Shown piece after piece: positions 13,872-26,180 of a DNA stretch of 64,000 nt. Position numbers and translations under genes: made by a program. The stretch is from Octopus sinensis (lineage: Eukaryota). The notes beneath the pieces were generated by a model, which saw only the letters and a program-made list of their open reading frames with translations, ran no database searches and was not told where the DNA came from. The stretch lies in the NCBI RefSeq assembly GCF_006345805.1, contig NC_043015.1, forward strand, positions 6,696,001-6,760,000, in the 5' to 3' direction. The first letter of the stretch is position 1, and every line of letters begins with the position of its first letter.

Positions 13872-13876
13872 TAGTA
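13793..13876. repeat. (CAG)n/(TAG)n microsatellite
   Basis: direct reading. Confidence 0.9.
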
Positions 13877-15099
13877 GACGATGACTTTCTAACAACCTCC
13901 GTATGAAGTATGCATTTCTGAAAGAAGCTATTGTATATGTTACCATTCAAAGTACATATGCTTTCTTTTCATTCTTTACTTATGTTGATGATTAGCGACA
14001 TTAAACTCGAAATATTCTGCTCTCACCGATGTTAATGCTATGTTATGTTCTTTGTGAATGATATTGTTTGATATTTGTATTTATCTCTTTCTCACTCATA
14101 TTCATACATTTCTCCTAGTTCCTACAATTTTAGTTCTTTTCTAGATATTCACACAACAATTTTTTTTTATAATGTTTAATTTAAACTATATTTTTAGAGA
14201 AGGTATTATGATAAAGACTTTGATGTAATTTGGAAACAGGGCTTTTCCATTACATAGAAGCAAGTCGTGCGAGATGGAAATGATGTTTGATGTTTTGGTA
14301 TGGCACTGTTTTGATAATGTTTACTCAATTTAGAATCAACGCATCTCTTATGCTTTATCTAAAATTCCTAACCCTTTTCCGTTAGTTCATCTGGTACACG
14401 GAAATAATCTTTAGGACGCCACTATAATCTGTGACTGAATCTAACGTTCTCTGCGGAATGGAATATTGCCGAGAGTAAGGATTCAGATTACAGTCAATAT
14501 TATTTCATAGGTAGCTTTTATGTTATAAATGGTCTCGTATTTTCTTCCTGACAGTCGTTTGTTGTTACGAACTTAGAAATACAAGATTGAACTGAAATAT
14601 CACTATTTATTATGATTCCTATCTGTCTCAGATGCTAACACAGTGCTTGCAATCTCTCTTAGTTATGTATATTACAAATATCAAGTTTTTTTTTTTTTTG
14701 GGAAAATAGTAGCGGATCAAAATATTAAACGTAATGCAGCAAAACAGCTAAAAAGCCATTTGTTTTTCTTTTAAACTGTATGTATTCACGATGAGATACT
14801 TGAGTTAAAACAAGTATTTAGAGAGAAAATCTTATGAACAATAGCCTCCAAAAGAAATCTAATCTCCTTAGCTTGAAACTGATACTGTTGCAATAAAGCG
14901 AAGGTTGTCTTGATGACCAGAGACAACCGGATTGTCATTAATATGCTCCCAACTCGCTTGAAGCATTGCAAATTAAGTAGACCTTGATTGTAATACAACA
15001 TGTTGCTTAGCAACCATATTAAACAAAACACTGAAACCTAAATCGATTCAGGAAAGAAGCCTTTGGAAGTGAGCAATTCACTTTTGATCATATGACTAG

Positions 15100-15168
<69 letters not shown>

Positions 15169-15267
15169 TATAAATTTAGATAAACTTAGATATGTTTCGA
15201 CCAAAGATTGGTCCAGGCCATGTCTAACTTAATAGCACCACCTATATATATATATATATATAATATT

Positions 15268-15548
15268 TTGTTTTAGTTTCAGCTCAGAGCTGCGACCATG
15301 TTGGTGCACCGCCGATAAATATAAATAAATATATATATATATATGGCTAAACATAGAGGGAACAAAGACAGACAAAGGGATTAAGTCGATAAAATCGCCC
15401 CCAGTGAGTAACTGGTACTTATCTAATCGACCCCGATTAAATAAAGGCAAAGTCGACCTCAGCGGAACTTCAACTCAGAACGTAACGGCTGACGAATTAG
15501 CGCTAAGCACGTCGCACGGCGTGCTAACGATTCTGCCAGCCCGCCGCT
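15268..15548 (-). mobile_element. SINE family A 3' fragment followed by SINE family B
   Basis: GTTTCAGCTCAGAGCTGCGACCATGTTGGTGCACCGCC (A), then AAAGTCGACCTCAGCGGAACTTCAACTCAG...CTGCCAGCCCGCCGC (B). Confidence 0.75.
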
Positions 15549-16079
15549 CTAAGCGATGAGGACAATCATGGTCGACTATAGACAGATAGCCTTCGATGAC
15601 AGTGATGATGTCGATGATGTTGTTGATGATGATGATGAATAGCATATAGCTTTCATTGACACTCTCGATCCATCTGTAAACAGTTTCATTTATACTTAAC
15701 TGCCTTTAACATGTTTAACATTAGCAAGTGTCAAGATTGAGAAAATCCAGAGACTAACAGAAAAATGCGTTGCAGTTATTAGCTACGCACGTAGATGTTC
15801 TATGCTGAAACCTTGACGAGGTCAACGATATAAATATCAGTCGGGTAATGTAATCACTCTAATGTGTACAACACCATTTCAGACGCACCTTTGTTCAAAA
15901 CCAATACTTATATCCAACGTTAAAATTGTCTATATTACTTTGCATAAGGAGCATTCGTTAAACGCATCTTCCCCATTTGTCCAACTAATTAATTTTATGC
16001 ATGTGATCTACCGATGTATTAGCTCGGAAATCAAGGAATCTCACCAGGCCAATACGCTATTTCTCCCTATTACGAGGAC

Positions 16080-16261
16080 AATGATCATTTAAGCACATGT
16101 TGTTTCGGCAGCTTTAGGAAACTTTAGGCCTCTGTAGTCTTCATTGTTTGGCTCAGAACTAAGCAATCGGTCCAACTACTAGGTACAGGTGACATACTCA
16201 ACCGATAACCACTTCAATACTCAACTGGTAATCATTCAAAGACAACCTTAGCGGCATAAGT
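16080..16261. repeat. copy 1 of ~180 bp direct repeat (copy 2 at 16892-17069)
   Basis: near-identical non-microsatellite sequence, e.g. TAGTCTTCATTGTTTGGCTCAGAACTAAGCAATCGGTCC and GGTGACATACTCAACCGATAACCACTTCAATACTCAACTGGTAATCATTCAAAGA in both. Confidence 0.95.
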
Positions 16262-16891
16262 CCGGGGCAACTGATATTCGTGTGGAATACCGCCAAAAAG
16301 AATCGCAACATGGATTTTTCAAGGCGAGCCAACGACCAAGAACGAAATGGTTGGATATTTTCAGTCTCAGTTGTTCACGCTTAGGAACCCAGTCCGAAAG
16401 TCGAATTACGATTGTTTCTGATTGACACAACCCCCAAAACCTTCCTTGGAATAGTGGGCGGGGAAGGTGAATGGATAGCTTGATAGTACAGAATTGTTGA
16501 GCTCTGCTTTTTTGATAACACAAGCTATTGAGAATTAGAAAAAAGTAACGTGTGTAATATCAAAATGTGTGTTTGATGTTCATAATGTTGTTATATACAT
16601 TTGTTTTACCTGAAAGCTGAGCGAGTTATGGACTAAGATATGCAAGTTGTGATTTTTACTCCCTTTCTAATTTAAGCTTGGATTTTCAAACATCATCAAA
16701 GCACCATCTTATGATTTATTCGCATCTTTTCTTAAGGTGACAAATTTTCATTAAAGTATAAGCTGGTAGCTGTTTCTGAATGATTGAGTGATTTTATAAC
16801 GCGTTCTGTCATTAGATGTGGTGCTAAGCATTTTTTTTTTTGATTTTAAAAAAAATTTTTACTTAATACTTTCTTTGGATAGCATTATGCA

Positions 16892-17069
16892 AATGATTAT
16901 TTAAGTACATGTTGTTTCGGCAGCTGAAAATTTAGGCCTCTATAGTCTTCATTGTTTGGCTCAGAACTAAGCAATCGGTCCTACTACTAGGCACAGGTGA
17001 CATACTCAACCGATAACCACTTCAATACTCAACTGGTAATCATTCAAAGAGAACATTGGCGGCATAAGT
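16892..17069. repeat. copy 2 of ~180 bp direct repeat
   Basis: see copy 1. Confidence 0.95.
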
Positions 17070-18174
17070 ATGTAGATTGTAAATGACTGTATCGAAAAGG
17101 CACAAAGCATATTTCCGAAGCTCTATCGATCCTGCTAATCTAAATCCATGCGTATATTATTATTTCGAACTAACGTATCATTTATCGAATATCTCCGATG
17201 CTATGCTGGATGAATCACACATATTTAAATACCGGAGATTGATTTAGTAATATGCATTTATCAACAGTTCACCTGTAGCCCACTCATGGTTATTATATAA
17301 TACATTCAATTGGAAAGACCGCTCTCATCTAGTCTTTAAATTCGCTTCGTTGGCTGAAGTTCCTATGAATTATTAAAATCACTTCCGCCATTTAATTCTT
17401 CTTGAAGTTTGAAATGCATATCCGTTAGGTTATAAAATGAGGTATAAAATGATTACTCTGCGATCAGATTGTTTCGAAATATACTGTGTGTTTAATAGAA
17501 TAATCAATTAAAAGCAGTGAGTAGATAGTTATGGCATTTACTAGCTAAATCTCCAAGTTCAAATACCACGGTTTCTGATTTTGCATTATTTTTCTTCGTG
17601 GAGACGAATAACATAAAAGCAAACCGTAAACTAAAATTAAGTCAATTATTCACCGTTTACTCTAATAATTGTGGCTCTTCTGTCCTTCTCAGCGATGAAG
17701 GGGAAAGGCATTCCAGACGTGCCCAAATCTTCGAAAACTATATATCATACGGTGCATCGTTTGTAAAAATTAAGATAATGTAGTGACAATAATCGAATGA
17801 TCTGAGTTATTATTAGTTTTGAAGGACATCGAGTACGGCGTAAATTTTCTCTGCAGTCAACATGGGAAGAAGACAAAGAGACAGAAAAGGAAGAAATCAG
17901 CAAGAAGTAAGGATGACGAACAAGAAGAAGAAGAAGAAGATGGTTGTGGTGGTGGTGGCGGTGGAAGATGAGAAATGTATTAAATAAGGAGAATGTCACT
18001 GTAGTTCTCATCATGGTGGCTCGATACTATTAACTAGACACTCAACTTCACATGTATGGTGCCTCAGTCAGAATCTATATGGTAACAACAATAACAACAG
18101 AAACTACTAATACTCCTCCATTCTTCGTTTTCTCTTTCTTCTTCTACTACTAATACTGCAATTAACACTTCGTT

Positions 18175-18216
<42 letters not shown>

Positions 18217-20772
18217 CAGTAGTAGTAGTAGTAGTGGCGACAATGGTTGTAGAAGAAGAAGAAGAAACGTGTGCGTGTGTGGAGTAGGTGGATACAAGGA
18301 GGTTATTTGGTAGAGTAGGGTGTTGTTATCTGGGAGTAGATAGGTAGAGACAATCAGTGAGAAATCTAATTATGTTCCCCTCTAGGGTTTAGATTATGAA
18401 ATGTGTCTGTGCTAATTTTGCGACCAAATCAATCGTATAAATCCCTCTCTATTATTTACCTTCTTGTTATATTAAGAAATCGTTATTTGGTTTTGTAACT
18501 CTCTAGAAGTAATCAATGAGATAATATAAGAAATAATAGATTTTTGCAGCTAGCAATTTAAGTAAGAAGCATTAATGAGTTAACACAATTTTAGAATTGC
18601 ATCGCCGTTTAAATCTAACCTTCATTTTAATTTATCATGGAGTCAATGAGAGACTATGTAAGTAGTCTTTCAGTCTGGTAGACATATACGCCAAGTTTTG
18701 GCAGTGACACATAACGTATTTAAGCATCTTGGTTAGTGGACGCTTTAATTTCATATAAGACAAGATAATCTTGTTCGTATATCATTGATCGTCTATCTGT
18801 TTAATGCGATTTATTGTTAAGAATCTGATTTATCATACACTTTCTTATTTGCCTATTTAAGCAAACAACAAAATCAATAAACAACCAAGAAGATATGTGA
18901 AATTATGTCACTTATTCTATTAAGTCTAAAATGTACATTCCAAGCTGAAGTTGCATTCCGTTTCGATGATATGTCATGAGATGGTTATTCTGTTGCTCTA
19001 GCTTGGGATGTTCTGCAGACAGTTCATTGCGTTACGCCATCTTTGACGTAACCAACATCCGCCGGAGTCCTTCACGAAACAAACCTTAATCTCCAAATCG
19101 CTATTTCCATGTGCAAAATCTTTAGCAATTTTGCGCACTGAAACCTCAGTCCTATCGAAGACACGCATTCGACAGCTAAACTTCACAATATCATACTTAC
19201 TATGAAGCACTTTACTAATGAGATACATTTAACGTCTAGTAGATATATAGGGACATATTCTACTTCATACAAGACACTCTTTCGACATCAATATTTATGT
19301 ATTGCCCTGAGTAAGACACTACTTAATACTGAAAGTAATTATTTAGGTCTTCTCAAATATTGATTAAATGCATTCAATTTTCCTCATAATTTATATATAA
19401 TTAAGGCTTACACATATGTTTCTTAAATATATTTCATCGGCATTTTATGAAAATGAGATCTCACTATTATTTACAGCCTAGGATTGAACACTTCACAACC
19501 AAATATATACAGCTTCAGCTTACACCTTAAGTCATTTCCTTGTATTATGAAATACTTACAAAATACTTACAAAAACATCATATCTCTTATTTCACATCGA
19601 TACCTCTAACGAAAAGGCATTTCTAAGTAGGAGCATCAGGAACGTTTGAAAATTACATATGTCACCATTCATAAAGGATACCATCCTGTTTACACCATAG
19701 CGTTTATCTTATATATGCGCTATTAGTAGAGCCACACCACATTTGATCGCTTTGCAAGAAAGCAATAAAATATCTTGAATTATGCTCCACATTCTTAAAT
19801 TAGTAATGATTTGTTCGTCACAGTTTGAAAGTTATTTGCCCATAAGTTCACTCACTCAAGAACAGTCTTTCCTACTCTCCTCGTATGGTTTTGACAATCA
19901 TCGAGAATATATCCAAGTTACATCTTCAATATTTCTCTTAGGAAAATACAGTAATACATGCTAAGTCGGAATTTATGCTTGTTGAAGTTATGCCGCAAAC
20001 AAATGTTAATAATTGCAGCCCAACAACAAATGCAATAGTTGGTAAATCTACCCCGAAATACACTCTTCTACGTCAACTAAGAAACGAAGGAAAATGCTAA
20101 AAAATGTAGAGAACAGACTCCGATAAAATATAAAATGGTTGCTGCTCGAATAGTTTTGAACACAGCGCTGCCCTATCGTAGTTGATCAACAACCAGCATC
20201 AATAAGTATAATGCGGACAGTCAGATTCTTCTAGAAGGTTTGAACTCACAGAAATAATCTTAAAATTATTTTGTAATTATTCATTTGTTATTTGTCGAAT
20301 AGTCCACATTTGCTTTATATAGTTTTTATATTTCATTTCGTTATAATTCATAAATATATGATTGTTAGTGAGCCTTTTTCCCCTTTTCTAAAAAGATTAT
20401 AATTATGTCAGAACTCTCTTCTTTCTCAAATTATAGGATGTCATCTAAATAGGATTATATGAATATTCAGAGGATTTGATTAAGGTACACTATCATACAG
20501 ATGTATAAGAGGTGAAAGTTAGTAATAAGCATCGTACGAGATTTAAATAAGCGTGAAAGAGAGATATAAGAAAAAATCAAAGAAAGAAATAAAGAAAATT
20601 AATACAAAACAAACCATAACATATTGTAATATAACTGGTAATCCTAATCATATATATTTATCACATTTAAAAGTGGCCATATATAATATTACTGTATAAC
20701 GATAAAGATATTAAGCAATTAGTTCCGTTTTCTCTACGATATATGTGTGTGTGCATGAGTGTATGTATTTAC

Positions 20773-20831
<59 letters not shown>

Positions 20832-21696
20832 TTTGTATATATTGTATTTATACAAATATGCATATATGTGTGTGTGTATGTGCATCTCTATGTATGTATG
20901 CATGAATTCAGATGTATAATTTATTTGTTTTAATTATCCATTGCATAGCCCTTTGGCAGGAATTTCTTGCTTTCTTGCTATGCAATGTTCATTGGCATAA
21001 TTAATAAAAATGAAAATGTTCAATTATTAAAAATGCTTCCACAGTAGATAATGCTGAAGCTATGCAATACAATTAAATGATGTTATTAATTTTGAAGCTA
21101 TTATGTGTTGTGAGAAAACGATACTGTGAATAAAACAAAAACAAAACAAGAATATAAACCTCAACATTAATTGCAACGTTAAGTCTCATTAATTCTCCGG
21201 CTATATAATCACATGTATTTAATTATTTTATTAGATATAATATCAATCAATAATTCAGATTATATGCCATTTCCCTGTTCTCTGATTTTATAGAGTGTAA
21301 ATGTAAAAGAAAGAAAAGAACAAAATTAAATGAAATGCATAAGTAAAATATGCGAACACACCGAAATCGAAGTATTAAAATATAAAGCTAATTCACAGGG
21401 AAATTTAATAAGTTATCAATGATATGGAAGGTCGGATAAATGTATATATTGACAAGTGTTATGCACGAAGCTCAAATGCTAGAGTACATGTTGTAGTTTT
21501 TTCTGAACTTCAAACTTAACAATGACATATGTAAATGTATGTGTGTGTGTGTGTGCGTGTGTGTGTATGGAATGTATGTATGTATATGCGTGCGATTATA
21601 TGTGGGCGTGGATATATGTAAAAGTGTATGCATGTATATATGTATATAAATCTATACACATAGATATACATGTGTATGCTAGTCTGTGTGTGTGTG

Positions 21697-21697
<1 letters not shown>

Positions 21698-21755
<58 letters not shown>

Positions 21756-21760
21756 ATATA

Positions 21761-21828
<68 letters not shown>

Positions 21829-21887
21829 AAGAGAAAGAAACCTACATAGATAGATAGATAGATAGATAGATAGGTAGGTAGGTAGGG

Positions 21888-21952
<65 letters not shown>

Positions 21953-21971
21953 TAGATAGATATAGATAGAT

Positions 21972-22007
<36 letters not shown>

Positions 22008-22068
22008 GTAGGTAGGTAGGTAGGTAGTAGGTAGGTAGGTAGGTAGGTATGTAGGTAGATAGGTAGGG

Positions 22069-22135
<67 letters not shown>
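21698..22135. repeat. compound (CTAT)n-(AT)n-(AG)n-(GATA/GGTA)n microsatellite
   Basis: direct reading. Confidence 0.95.
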
Positions 22136-24172
22136 AAGAAAGAAAGATACTGGACTATGAACAGTAGAAACATAATCAAGAATTTCTGTAGATGTGTAAG
22201 CTTGTTGGAGGCTGACGATTCACTCCATTGAAGACAGAATTTCTTGGTATTTCATTTCGCTCATTTGGCTTGGCTTCGCGAGCTTTTACGAGATCGCTTA
22301 TATAGCATTCACTCGTGGTAATCACCGTATGTTATGTTATTGCTTTCGAGGTGTCATGCGCGTCTAAAATGTTTCATTTGACGAAATGCAAGCAGCACGA
22401 CGGCTAATGCTATTCACGAAAATTCTTCATGTATGAGAGGAAGTAACTGCTGGACTTAATAATATTCACAGTTGTCTTTCACATAGCTTCCCCACTAAAT
22501 GCAATGATTATATCGGTTTATAGTAATATCTTAAATACGTAGCTCTTGCTAAAATGCCTTTATGCCAAACCGCTTAAATGCATTAGTTATTTTCTAATAA
22601 AAGCAAACGGCATTCATTTTGATGAGGGGTTTAGTCGATTAAATCTAGCTTAGAAAATGATGGATGCAAAATTCTGTCAACAGTGAAGATTTAAATTTAA
22701 AGTTGACTTCAGCTGGAAATCAAAATGCAAATACTCGGAACAAGTAACTGGAAATACGTTTTCTGATGCTCTGATTTTTTTCTGCCAATGCACTGCCCTA
22801 TTTAACTGAATTAATAATGCCAGCATTGTCGTAAATGCCAAGAATTTTGATATTGAATTTCCTCTGATGTGAGTTTATGATTTATAACTATGCAAGTCCT
22901 AAAAACCTTTGTGTTTAATTTGAACTCATAACGACGCCAAATAACTGAAAACAATTATGCTTGGCCCAAATTCTCATTTCAAAATGTAGTAAAGAATTTT
23001 CCTGAGAACATGATGTTACTAATTTTAGAACCATCAACTGTTCCGAAATTTCTATCACCATGCTGAAAGGTATGAACCAAAAAAAAAGGCTTTCAAATGG
23101 ATGAAGAAATGGAGGGGTAAATTCTACTAGATTAACTAGGTAAATTTCTATTTGTAAACATATTGTCAATTTTGGTAAAAGAAAGTGATGAATCTAAATT
23201 CATATTTCCCCCCATGCAGAGGTTTTTAACCCTCTTTTTTTCCCTTCCCCCTGATTTCTATTTTACTTAAATAGACCCTCTTATACATATTATTAGAGAT
23301 TGTATAAAAATGTGATATTTTCTGTACTGTAGGAGTATAAACAATGTAAACTTAAATTCCAGAAACAAAACTTTACTTAGACACCGCTCACCCAATTCCA
23401 ACGGCCATTTGGATCCCGATTGAAATCCACTGCACCGATGTAAATTTGTTTCTTGAATAACGTTTACGAAAATGGCGCCTAAAGTACGCTTATTCACTAT
23501 ACCAAGGTTGCTCTTTTCCATGATAATTTAAATCACATAGCAAGCCAACGTTGTGGTCTTTAATATAATACTGAAGTAACAAGGAAGTAAATATATGCAC
23601 TGAAAACATATTTGAAATGCAGTGGCTCATATTTGGCATTGTTCATGAATTTTATACGTATTAATTCCTGTTTGTTTCTCTGTGTCTATTTGTAAATTTG
23701 GTTGAAGGAAGCTTGAAATGCATAGCTATGACATTCACGTTGTGACCGCATACAGTATTTTCTGGAAATGTTTAAGGATTCATCTGTCATTGTTTAAAAG
23801 CAAATGAAAAGCGTTTATGTGAGAGAAAATATTTCACCTGTCTTATCTCAGCTTGAGTGCTTACCTAATCCGTTATCACACAATGGAAATTTTCTCGTCT
23901 TAAAGCCATATTATTGTTCACTAGAGGAAACAGTTGACTTATTTTCAGTGTAATAGGATTTGAGAGTATGCAGTTCATTATTAAGTTTTCCGTATTTTTT
24001 ATTGAATACTTTAAATAAGCATTTCTTGCTAAAAGGAATGTCCTCAGTGAATATTAAATAGGGTTCTCGTATATCCTTTGTATGTATTTCTTGACAATAA
24101 ATTACATAATCAGTATTTGAGTGTGTATCTGCTTGTATGTATGTATGTATGTATGTATTTAGGTAGGTAGGT

Positions 24173-24787
24173 ATGTATGATTCAAGGATTCCAAAACAAC
24201 TCTTTTATGGAGAGTTAGCTAAAGGAGAACGACCTCCACATAAACCAAAAAAGAGGTATAAGGACTTGCTGAAGACTTCCTTAAGAGATGCTTGCATCTC
24301 TCCTGACACATGGGAAGACATAGCTATTGATCGTAGCAGGTGGAGAAGGATTGTGCATGAGGGGACAGCCACGTTTGAGAAATCTCGAGTTGCACATGAG
24401 AAAGTAAGGAAGGATGCCAAGAAGGGCATCGCTGGTACACTTCCAGAAGGGAAGGGTCTTCCTTTGATTCTGCCAGTCAATGTATGTGCAAGACCCTGCC
24501 TCAGTAAAGTTGGACTCATGAGTCATCTTCGTAGTCATAAAACGAGACAGATGAGTGACAACCTGGCCACTGGTGGTGGTGTAACACACCATACTAATCA
24601 TATCTCTCGGGCATATGGAAGAGAGTGTAATTCGGCAGGAGGACTTAAACGACATGCAAAGGTACATGAATCCCAGTTACAACTACAGCCGGCTATTACC
24701 GGTAAAGGTTTTAGTTGCCAAAACTGTACAAGACATTGTAGATCTTTAGCTGGGCTAAAAAGTCACATTCGATCACAGCACCAGTAA
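24173..24787 (+). CDS. RTE LINE ORF C-terminal 204 aa (truncated, not independently functional)
   Basis: uninterrupted frame in the ORF track; GC-richer than flanks; first ATG comes from the flanking (GTAT)n. Confidence 0.8.
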   Translation: MYDSRIPKQLFYGELAKGERPPHKPKKRYKDLLKTSLRDACISPDTWEDIAIDRSRWRRIVHEGTATFEKSRVAHEKVRKDAKKGIAGTLPEGKGLPLILPVNVCARPCLSKVGLMSHLRSHKTRQMSDNLATGGGVTHHTNHISRAYGRECNSAGGLKRHAKVHESQLQLQPAITGKGFSCQNCTRHCRSLAGLKSHIRSQHQ

Positions 24788-24835
24788 CAGTTAAGCTTCG
24801 TGCAATGGCGATACTCGATAACGAGGGGGCAGCCA
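24173..24835 (+). mobile_element. 5'-truncated RTE-clade LINE: ORF C-terminus plus short 3' UTR
   Basis: DSRIPKQLFYGEL..G.R....PKKRYKD.LK..L....I.P..WE..A.DRS.WR is the characteristic post-RT region of RTE/BovB-like ORFs; C2H2-type fingers; 3' CTCG-ATAA-CGAG stem-loop then AGCCATAATAAT into (GTAT)n. Confidence 0.9.
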
Positions 24836-25571
24836 TAATAATGTATGTATGTATGAAAGTATGTATGTATTTGTTAGTTTTACTCTCCACCCAGAGAGTG
24901 TCTAATTTTCTTATTTCTAGATGCCTTCATAATTCGGGATTCGATTCGAACTAGGAGTAATTATCATTCCTGTAACACGAATCTTGGAAGCCGCAGGGAA
25001 ACCCATCCTTTAAAGCTACATATATTATTTGGGGAGTTCTTGACATAAACAAAATGCAATGTTGTTGATTTGGTTCCATCGGTTGACACGTTTCCTTTAT
25101 GCGTATCGCTTTTAGTTAGTTAATTTTCAACAAATTAGAGAAATTTTATACCATGATATTCTACTTCGTTAGGTTATTAGAGACCGGAGTCAATTGGTGC
25201 AAATGAACAACTGATCTGAGGCCAGCAGCTCCATCAACAATACTGCAACAAACTGGGATTCCTCTTCGTGGTCGGTCCACCTATTACAATTATTAGCCGA
25301 ATCTCCTCTATTTCAGATTTTAACATCTTAGCCAATATGATATAAAATATACTACATTTTTAGTAATGATGGCATAATTTACAACATTAGGTCTTCCCAA
25401 ATACGCCTGACTTTGGAGTAAAGAACAATAACACTAACCAGTTAAAATGGCAACGGCATTATATGTCATTGCAATAAAATAAAGAAGGCAATACTAGCGA
25501 ATAGAGTCAAATAAACTAATCAAAACTTGGGACGATGTACTAAAAATATAATGGTGGCGGTCATTATACTG

Positions 25572-25964
25572 CTCTTTTACTCTTTTACTTGTTTCAGTCA
25601 TTTGACTGCGGGCATGCTGGAGCACCGCCTTTAGTCGAGCAAATCAATCCCAGGACTTATTCTTTGGAAGCCTAGTACTTATACTATCGGTCTCTTTTCC
25701 CGAACCGCTATGTTACGGGGACGTAAACACACCGCTATTGGTTGTCAAGTGATGTTGGGGGAGAAACACAGACACCCAAACATATACACACACAAACATA
25801 TATATATATATACACATATATACGACAGGCTTCTTTCAGTTTCCGTTTACCAAATCTTCTCGCAGGGCTTTGGTCGGCCCGAGGCTATAGTAGAAGACAC
25901 TTGCCCAAGGTGCCACGCAGTGGGAATGAACCCGGAACCATGTGGTTGGTAAGCAAGCTACTTA
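25572..25964 (-). mobile_element. SINE family A
   Basis: same blocks as 7771-8148 with (CTCTTTTA)n tail. Confidence 0.9.
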
Positions 25965-25979
25965 TATTATGTATATTGA

Positions 25980-26180
25980 TTTCAATTTTAGCACAAGGCC
26001 AGCAATTTCGGGTGAGGGGTTAAGTCGATTACATTGACCCCATCGTTCAATTAGCACTTATTGTATCGAAACCAATAGGATCAAATGCAAAGTCCACCTC
26101 GGCAGAATGTGAAATCAGTATGTAAAGGAGAAAGGAATTTTGCTAAGCATTTTACCTGAGGTACTAACGACTCGACCAGT
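25980..26180 (-). mobile_element. degenerate SINE family B
   Basis: AAGTCGATTACATTGACCCC...GCAAAGTCCACCTCGGCAGAATGTGAA. Confidence 0.65.

Noticed and set aside
14205-14285. DKDFDVIWKQGF resembling the LINE RT motif KAFD.VWH.GL
   Set aside because: Too short and degenerate, with no neighbouring RT motifs
16095-16150. Hammerhead-like CUACAGA-GGC...GCC-GAAAC in the direct repeat (minus)
   Set aside because: Two substitutions at invariant core positions (G5, A6) in both copies and no stem III palindrome
16265-16320. Minus-strand KIHVAILFGGIPHEYQL resembling the D-Ala-D-Ala ligase N-terminus
   Set aside because: Short, bounded by stops, no further Ddl motifs; likely coincidence
18998-19228. DRTEVSVRKIAKDF as a Tc1/mariner HTH remnant
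   Set aside because: Only weak similarity; no TIR or catalytic motifs found
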